From Cenarchaeum sp. (GTDB taxonomy: Archaea > Thermoproteota > Nitrososphaeria > Nitrososphaerales > Nitrosopumilaceae), in contig CBDESU010000002.1 in assembly GCA_965242695.1 (NCBI GenBank), forward strand, positions 192,001-256,000: 64,000 nucleotides of DNA, read 5' to 3'. The notes beneath the pieces are model-generated. The model made no database searches. It saw only the letters and a list, made by a program, of their open reading frames with translations, and was not told where the DNA came from. Made by a program: the position numbers and the translations under genes. Below, one piece after another: positions 58,150 through 64,000 of this stretch (positions are counted from its first letter, which is position 1; every line of letters begins with the position of its first letter).

Positions 58150-58560
58150 CAGGGTCGTTGGCGACCTGCCCGAGGCGAACGTGTCCTTTGAGGGGGAGGA
58201 GACGCAGAGGCGCTACGAGCGGTTCATGGAGTGTATACGGGACAAGAAGCACAGCCCGGCGCTGCTCGAGATCGGCGCGCCGATCTACCGCCTTGCGGCC
58301 ACGGGGATCGACAGGGACTACATACTCGAGGCCGCCGAGGGCAAGAAAGCCCGAATTCAGCCGCGGGCGGTGCGCGTCGGTGTGGAACGAGCTGGAAAGA
58401 CGCGGGGCGGCAGGCCACGGAGCCGCATGGCAGAACAGCCCCCCGTAAGATCGAGGGCGCGATCCGGGCGGGCGCATGCGCTTGGCCGGCCCGAGGGGCG
58501 CGATCGATGCGGTGCGGGCGGTTCATGGCGGCAGCTGCATCATTCTGAACGGCGGGGACG
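58150..58560 (+). pseudogene. Degenerate copy of the 30700-31110 segment (SocA-like 3' end plus next gene 5' end)
   Basis: LPEANVSFEGEETQRRYERFME..DKKH.PALLEIGA matches 30494, with downstream frameshifts. Confidence 0.8.
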
Positions 58561-58575
58561 GCCCTGCCGAGCCCG

Positions 58576-59898
58576 CTACTGCTGCTGCTGCTGGCCGGCC
58601 GCCCCCTCCTGCGTGCGCGCCGCCGCGGTCGCGTTGAGGATCAGCTCGACGTCCTCGCCGTCCGTGTACCACATGTACTCCCTGAAAAAGTCGCGCACCT
58701 CGGCTGTGGTATAGTTCCTGCGGGTCAGCATGTCGTTGACTATCTCGTCCGTGTCGCCATGGCCCCACCTGTACGCCGCCGCAAGCAGGTCGTCGCCCAT
58801 GCGGACCGCGTCGGCCTGCTCCTCGGTGTAGCCCATTATGTGCACAAAGAACTCGCGTATGTCGCTGCGCAGGTAGCCCCAGTAGAACAGCTCGTCGACT
58901 ATCTGGTCCTCGGTGTAGTTTAGCTCGATGTACGCATTTGCAAACGACGTGAGCATTGTGTTGTACTCCCCGAGCAGCGTGGTCTTGTTGAGGGCATGGG
59001 TCGGCACCGACAGCCCGATGTCGAGCTCGGTAAACTGCGGCGGCTCCACCTCCTGCCCCCGTGCCATCATGTGGTCCAGGTACGTCTGCCCTGTCGCAGC
59101 GTACTCGTCTAGGGGCATGGACTTGTTTTTCGACACCGCCATGTATATCTCTGCAACATCGCTACTAAACCCACCTCCGACTATTCTCGCGACGCCCTCC
59201 TTCAATATCTTGAACTTCGCCTTTACGGTATAGGTCTCGCCCGGCTGCGCGACCGTGGTCACGTTGTCGGGATCGTAGGGCCTGAAAACGCCGGGGTCGC
59301 CCGTCCCTATGTTCGAGACCACATCAAAGACGCTGTCCGGCTGGGAGCGGCCAGACATGGTGCTGACTCCCACCACAAGGCTTGCCAGCGGGTGAACTGC
59401 GCCAGGGCCAAATGCGCTCGAGTCGGAGTAGTCCACAGTGAACGTCATCTCTGCCACTTCGCCGACCACGGGATACTTGGAGACTGACAGGGTGTTGTGG
59501 TGCCAATGCGGCAGGCGCGGGGCGGAGGTGCTACTGTGCCCCGCCAGGCTCGGTTCTCGGGCATCTGATGCGTCGGAAGCGCGATCCCGGCCGTCCGGGT
59601 GCGTCTCCAAGCCTTGCTCCACATCTTTTGTGGGCCCCTCTAGCCAACCGCGGCCCACAAGCGTGTCGAGCGACCCCGTAAACACGCATGCCAGTGCACC
59701 TCCAGGCGAGAGCAGCGGTATCCGGCCCTCATTGCACAGTACGTCGACTGCATCCACCCCCGCTTCCAACTGCTTGAGGGGCGCGGGCACGCCGAAATCG
59801 GCCGCCGCGGGAGCCAGCACTGCAAGGGCCGTTGCCGCCGCCGTCATCAAGCATGCAACCGTCACGCTACCCACGCATATGCCGCTGAATCGCCGCAT
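58576..59898 (-). CDS. Secreted/surface protein with thaumarchaeal-type PLKQ-C-CV-RGW domain
   Basis: Signal peptide; APLKQLEAGV....VLCNEG..L......ACV......LVGRGW; Ig-like middle; duplicated acidic helical C-terminal unit. Confidence 0.75.
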   Translation of the reverse strand: MRRFSGICVGSVTVACLMTAAATALAVLAPAAADFGVPAPLKQLEAGVDAVDVLCNEGRIPLLSPGGALACVFTGSLDTLVGRGWLEGPTKDVEQGLETHPDGRDRASDASDAREPSLAGHSSTSAPRLPHWHHNTLSVSKYPVVGEVAEMTFTVDYSDSSAFGPGAVHPLASLVVGVSTMSGRSQPDSVFDVVSNIGTGDPGVFRPYDPDNVTTVAQPGETYTVKAKFKILKEGVARIVGGGFSSDVAEIYMAVSKNKSMPLDEYAATGQTYLDHMMARGQEVEPPQFTELDIGLSVPTHALNKTTLLGEYNTMLTSFANAYIELNYTEDQIVDELFYWGYLRSDIREFFVHIMGYTEEQADAVRMGDDLLAAAYRWGHGDTDEIVNDMLTRRNYTTAEVRDFFREYMWYTDGEDVELILNATAAARTQEGAAGQQQQQ

Positions 59899-60181
59899 AA
59901 AAGGATTTGACTGAGGGGCAAGACGGGGAGCGGGTCGCAAAGCGCAAGCATGCAACAAGAGAACGAAGATCTGACCGCACGCAACGTCAGACGCGGCTGT
60001 GCTGATCCCCATCATGCTGCCGCATTGTACAAGATGACGGAAAGATGTGCGCCGCGGTGGCCGCGCTAGCGTGCGCAGGAATGATGGCACGAGTGCCGTA
60101 GATATGGCTCCGCGCAGCGCACACTCTTGGCCGCATCTCCAAGCCACGGAGCATGCCCCCGCCGCCGCAACCGTGCGCGCC

Positions 60182-60211
60182 GTATTCCCCGCGCAGGCGG
60201 GCGTAATGTCC
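60182..60211 (+). repeat. Solitary type I-E CRISPR-repeat-like sequence
   Basis: GTATTCCCCGCGCAGGCGGGCGTAATGTCC with a CCCGC/GCGGG stem; no neighbouring copies at ~61-nt spacing. Confidence 0.35.
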
Positions 60212-60659
60212 ATGCAGGGGCGCACTGCGGCGAAGCATGTCTCGCGCACGCCATGCCATGAAGCGCAAGGCACACCACGAGCCTGCTTCGTGATGTAAGC
60301 CGCGCCGCCGGCAGGCGCGGTTCTAACCTGTGTCGGCAGCCGCTTCATCCTGCCGGTCCTGCAGCGGCTGACACGACTCCCTGCATGTCCACTGCGCGGA
60401 GGAGAGTATGAAGGAGCGGCATGCGGGCCTCGGCCGGCAGGCGCGCCCAAGATCAAGTCAGACAAGTAGCAACGCCCACCGGTGCGAGTCCTTCCATGAC
60501 CTGCCCCATGCAGGGCTCCGGCGGGCGCCCGCGCCACCCCGGTGCGCGCCCCTCCGGCCGCCGCATCCGGCGGCCCGCCGCCCCTCGGCCGCCGGCGGCA
60601 GCCCGCACCGAGCTCTGCGTCCAAGTTCGCCGCGCACCCCCGATGCGCAACTCGCAGCC

Positions 60660-63600
60660 CTAGCACGGATCGAGGCCGTCGATCGTGCAGCTCGTGCCGC
60701 CCACGGCATTCGCCGCGCCGCCCCAGGGTCCGGCCGCGGCGCCCGTCACGCCCCCTCCCGGCGGCGCAGCCGGCGCAGCGCGAACCGCTACCGCATCGGA
60801 CGGCGGAGAGACGACGCTGCCTAGCTGCGCATGGACGCGGAATACATACTCTGCGATCCCGCCGCCCTGCGGGGGCTTGTACTCGAACGAGTTGTGCGGC
60901 GTCCGCCCTAGCTGCGCCCACGAGCCGCCCGCCTCCTGCATCTCCACTGTGTAGTATCGGAACAGCGGCGCGTGATCCCAGCCGAGGTAGATGACGGTCC
61001 CGGCCGCAGTGTCGGACGGGGCGGCCGCCAAGTTCAGCGGGGCCTGGATAGAGTCTGGAATCCTGACGGTTGCGTTCCCCGAGAAGAGTTGCTGCGGGCC
61101 CACCCGCTCGGACACCCTGTACGCCAGCGTCGAGCCGAGCCACTCGGGCCGGACGGCCTGCTCCGCGCCTGCGGGGGAAGCACGGCGCGCTCCTGCCGCC
61201 TCGAACTGTCCTCCGTCGATCGACACCTCGAGGCGGTGCCTGCCGCTGCTCCCGACTCCGTTCGTGTCGTGCCACCAAAGGTCTATCTTGTCCGAGGCGG
61301 CGCGCAGCGATGCCTCCAGGAGCAGCCCCGGCGGGAGGGATGCGGAACCTAACGGGAGGGTCGTTGCGCGCACGGAGCTCTGCGTCGTGTCGTCCCCCCT
61401 GACGCCGACGCGCACCACGTACTCGGTCGACGGCTCTAGGCCGGTCAGCCGGTAGCGAGACTCGGTCACGTTTGCGTCTGCGGTGCGGTTTTGCGGCGAG
61501 TCGGCCCTGTTCACGACCACCTTGTATCGGTCGGCGCCCGGGTGGTCGTCCCAGTCTACGACCACGTCCGTGTCGTACGCGTACTTTTCGGTTATCACAA
61601 TCCTGGTGCCATTCGACGCTTGCATTTCGAGCAGCTCGTGAACCTTCAGGGTGCTGTGCACCGGCGGCGCGCCGGCCAGCAGGCCGCTGATGCCCGGCCC
61701 CGCCGCGGCAGGCGGCGGCGGCGGGAATGATGGCGGGGCAGGAACTAGGACTTGCGGGGCCTGCGACATCGGGGCCGTCTCGTTGCGCGGTGCGGCCAGG
61801 GCCAGTGACCCGTACGACTGCACCGCGGATGCGGGCGCTGCGCCGCCCTGTCCCTCTTCTCCCGCGCCGCCCTGCGCGCCGCCGCTGCCGCACGTGGCGG
61901 TGTACGTCATCGCCTGGCTGACCCGGCGCACGGTGGAGGGCAGCGCGGGCTCGCCGCCGAAGTTGTACCTGTACTGCATGTCAAGCGAGCCGCCCACCGG
62001 GATAGGTCCGAGCTGCACCAGGCTTGACGCCGGGGTCCAAGACGGCAGCCCGGCCGCCGCCGACCGCACCTCGGCCACCGAGGGGGGCAGGGTGAACGAC
62101 GTTGGGCTTCCCCGCGAGTCGAGGCCCGTAATCCGCGAGAATGCAACCGAGAGCGCCGAGATTGGAAGCGTTCCCGTGTTGCGCACGGTCTGGGTGTCGA
62201 ACCCGCTCGTCCCCGTCCATCTGGGGGTGAACCCCACGTCCAGGAACCTCTTGGCCAGGTCCATCCCGCACGTGCTGGGCACCTGCCCCTCCACCTTCAG
62301 GTCGTCAAGGTAGAACCGCTGGTCCCAGTTGGCTATCCAGCTGTCGTGCAGGTGCACGAACACCGTGCACGGGCACCGCCCGGGGTCGAACGACGGCATT
62401 GTGATCGACGAGGTGCGCAGGCCCGTGTCCCGCACGACCGTGTCGCGCAGCCCCTGGAAGAGGGCCCCGCGGGCCACGACGTTGCCGGCCGAGTCGCTGA
62501 CTATCATGTGCAGGTTGTTGGTGTGGCCGCCCGTCGAGTGCCTCAGCCCGGTAAAGCTCTGGAACCGGGCGGTCACGTTGATATCCGCCAGGCTAAGGGA
62601 CGACGGCACGTCGAACGTCCTGACGGCGCCGGCGTTGCCGAACCAGCAGGTGCGGACGTAGCCCACGTACGCCGACCCGCCGTGCTCCTGCGAGTGCGAC
62701 AGCGCGTACGCCGTATTGTTCCGGCCGCCGCAGTACATGCGGTTGAGGCTGTCTGACGAGACCTGCCGGTACGTCCAGCCCTCGAGCGAGGCCGCGAACC
62801 CGCTAGACAGCGCATCGACCGTGTCGCCGGCCCTGGCGGGCACCGTGCCGTTGATCACGACATCGTCGACCGCCGCATCCGAGGTGGAGTACGACAGCCT
62901 TGCCGCGAACCTCACCTTGAAGTCGGTGCTGTCCAGGTAGGGCGCCAGCGACATCGTCTCGCGGTGCCACCCGTCGTCGCCCCCCGACCCGCGACCCCAC
63001 GTGTACGCCGTGCTCCAGGTCGAGCCGCCGTCGGGCGAGACGTCGACCCGCAGGTAGTCGCCGCGGCGGATGTGGCTGTCGACGAACCGCCAGAACGACA
63101 GCTCGGCCGTCTCGTATCCCGACAGATCGACTCCGTCCCCAAGCGTCAAGACGCACTCGGCGGCGCAGTGGCGCACGTTTGCGACCGTGTTGCCGTCAGG
63201 GTGGTGCTCCGACGGCTGCCTGCCCTCGTTGGGGGCGCCCGCGCGCCAGTTCGGGGTGCCCGATTCCTCCCACTTGCCGAGCCCGCCGAACCGGTCATGC
63301 AGGCGCGTCCCGTCGACGAACCCCATCGCGTGCAGCTCCATCACATTGCGCGCCGAGTGCGCCGGCGCCCGGGCAGACTCCCATGCCGAGTAAAAGTCCT
63401 CAAAGCTAGAGTATGTGGCCGCCCTAAACGTGCCGATGATCTCGTCGTCGCCCATGGCCAGGTCGTCGAGCGCCCGGTTCAGCCTGCTGTGGCCTGCCTT
63501 GTCGAGCTCGGCGTCGACGAGAGAGTCCTTTATGTCCCACAGGGCGGCCGCGACCTGCCCCTCGACCAAGTGACCCTCGTTGCCCGTCGCGCCCGTCCTG

Positions 63601-64000
63601 GCGAAGCTCGTCGATACCGTGCGGGGTATGTACTCAATCCTGTCCCGCTCCAGATTTATGTAGACGCCATCGACCCACCGCAGGCTGGAGCTGTTGTCCA
63701 CCATATGGGGCACAAAGTCGGCCCATCCCTCCGTCCATGCGCAGCTCGAGCCGCTTTGGTTGTGAAGGTAGTGGGGGGACGGGCAGCTCCGATCGGCCGG
63801 AAGCCTTCCCGCAGTATCCATTGCATGATGCCCGAACTCGTGCAGTATCGTCCACCTGTTGTGCGAGTCGTCGCCTGCCATCGCTCCGACCCCGTTGAGC
63901 CACATGGTGTTGCTTGATGCATCGTACGCGGCAGAGTTATTGCCCCTGTCGGCAAAGTCGCTGGCGCCGGCATTGTGCTGCCACTTTACTGTCAAGGAGG
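60660..64000 (-). CDS. Large secreted zincin metalloprotease with beta-sandwich/MAM-like and FN3 domains (5' end beyond window)
   Basis: TILHEFGH, AWTEGWADF and VEG.VAAALWD; LSFWR...LRVDVSPDGG.TW; FN3 (LTGLEPSTEYVVRV). Frame open to the window edge. Confidence 0.85.
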   Translation of the reverse strand, partial: SLTVKWQHNAGASDFADRGNNSAAYDASSNTMWLNGVGAMAGDDSHNRWTILHEFGHHAMDTAGRLPADRSCPSPHYLHNQSGSSCAWTEGWADFVPHMVDNSSSLRWVDGVYINLERDRIEYIPRTVSTSFARTGATGNEGHLVEGQVAAALWDIKDSLVDAELDKAGHSRLNRALDDLAMGDDEIIGTFRAATYSSFEDFYSAWESARAPAHSARNVMELHAMGFVDGTRLHDRFGGLGKWEESGTPNWRAGAPNEGRQPSEHHPDGNTVANVRHCAAECVLTLGDGVDLSGYETAELSFWRFVDSHIRRGDYLRVDVSPDGGSTWSTAYTWGRGSGGDDGWHRETMSLAPYLDSTDFKVRFAARLSYSTSDAAVDDVVINGTVPARAGDTVDALSSGFAASLEGWTYRQVSSDSLNRMYCGGRNNTAYALSHSQEHGGSAYVGYVRTCWFGNAGAVRTFDVPSSLSLADINVTARFQSFTGLRHSTGGHTNNLHMIVSDSAGNVVARGALFQGLRDTVVRDTGLRTSSITMPSFDPGRCPCTVFVHLHDSWIANWDQRFYLDDLKVEGQVPSTCGMDLAKRFLDVGFTPRWTGTSGFDTQTVRNTGTLPISALSVAFSRITGLDSRGSPTSFTLPPSVAEVRSAAAGLPSWTPASSLVQLGPIPVGGSLDMQYRYNFGGEPALPSTVRRVSQAMTYTATCGSGGAQGGAGEEGQGGAAPASAVQSYGSLALAAPRNETAPMSQAPQVLVPAPPSFPPPPPAAAGPGISGLLAGAPPVHSTLKVHELLEMQASNGTRIVITEKYAYDTDVVVDWDDHPGADRYKVVVNRADSPQNRTADANVTESRYRLTGLEPSTEYVVRVGVRGDDTTQSSVRATTLPLGSASLPPGLLLEASLRAASDKIDLWWHDTNGVGSSGRHRLEVSIDGGQFEAAGARRASPAGAEQAVRPEWLGSTLAYRVSERVGPQQLFSGNATVRIPDSIQAPLNLAAAPSDTAAGTVIYLGWDHAPLFRYYTVEMQEAGGSWAQLGRTPHNSFEYKPPQGGGIAEYVFRVHAQLGSVVSPPSDAVAVRAAPAAPPGGGVTGAAAGPWGGAANAVGGTSCTIDGLDPC

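Noticed and set aside
533-61893. Many long Arg/Ala/Gly/Pro-rich ORFs (e.g. 533-1771, 1388-2590, 14955-16196, 5' parts of 22297, 47884, 50745 and 58576-61893)
   Set aside because: Shadow frames of real genes or GC-rich spacers where stop codons are rare; no motifs. True starts were reassigned downstream.
1-64000. tRNA, rRNA, cas genes, integrase
   Set aside because: None recognised by eye; small or intron-containing RNAs could be missed without tRNAscan/Infernal.

Overview
High-GC archaeal DNA, most consistent with a Nitrososphaerota (Thaumarchaeota, Cenarchaeum/Nitrosopumilaceae-like) genome. Evidence: the aIF2-alpha/Nop10 pair, AglB, DUF354 genes, a thaumarchaeal-type PLKQ...C...CV...RGW surface domain and TATA-box promoters. 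The core backbone is cobO, aIF2a-nop10 and an N-glycosylation/nucleotide-sugar locus (GT4/AglH-like, Gfo/Idh/MocA, DegT, AglB-cyclophilin, two DUF354, a nucleotide-sugar dehydrogenase and an LpxA-like acyltransferase). It is repeatedly interrupted by defence/toxin-antitoxin cassettes. Two items stand out. (1) A complete, tightly coupled ubiquitin-like conjugation operon (Ubl-E2-pseudoJAB-E1-JAB, BilABCD-like) with an inactive/active JAMM pair and a divergent TrmB regulator at 38.7-43.8 kb. (2) An unrecognised two-gene module, a ~350-380 aa unknown protein overlapping a PD-(D/E)xK nuclease with a PIP-box-like tail, present at five loci in intact, pseudogenised and orphan states. Also present: HEPN-TPR, Doc-TPR, ImmA/DUF4411, AAA-ATPase/PIN, AIPR, an ApeA remnant, an IS5-type remnant and many GC-enriched degenerate duplicates. 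All calls come from reading motifs by eye; no database searches were run.
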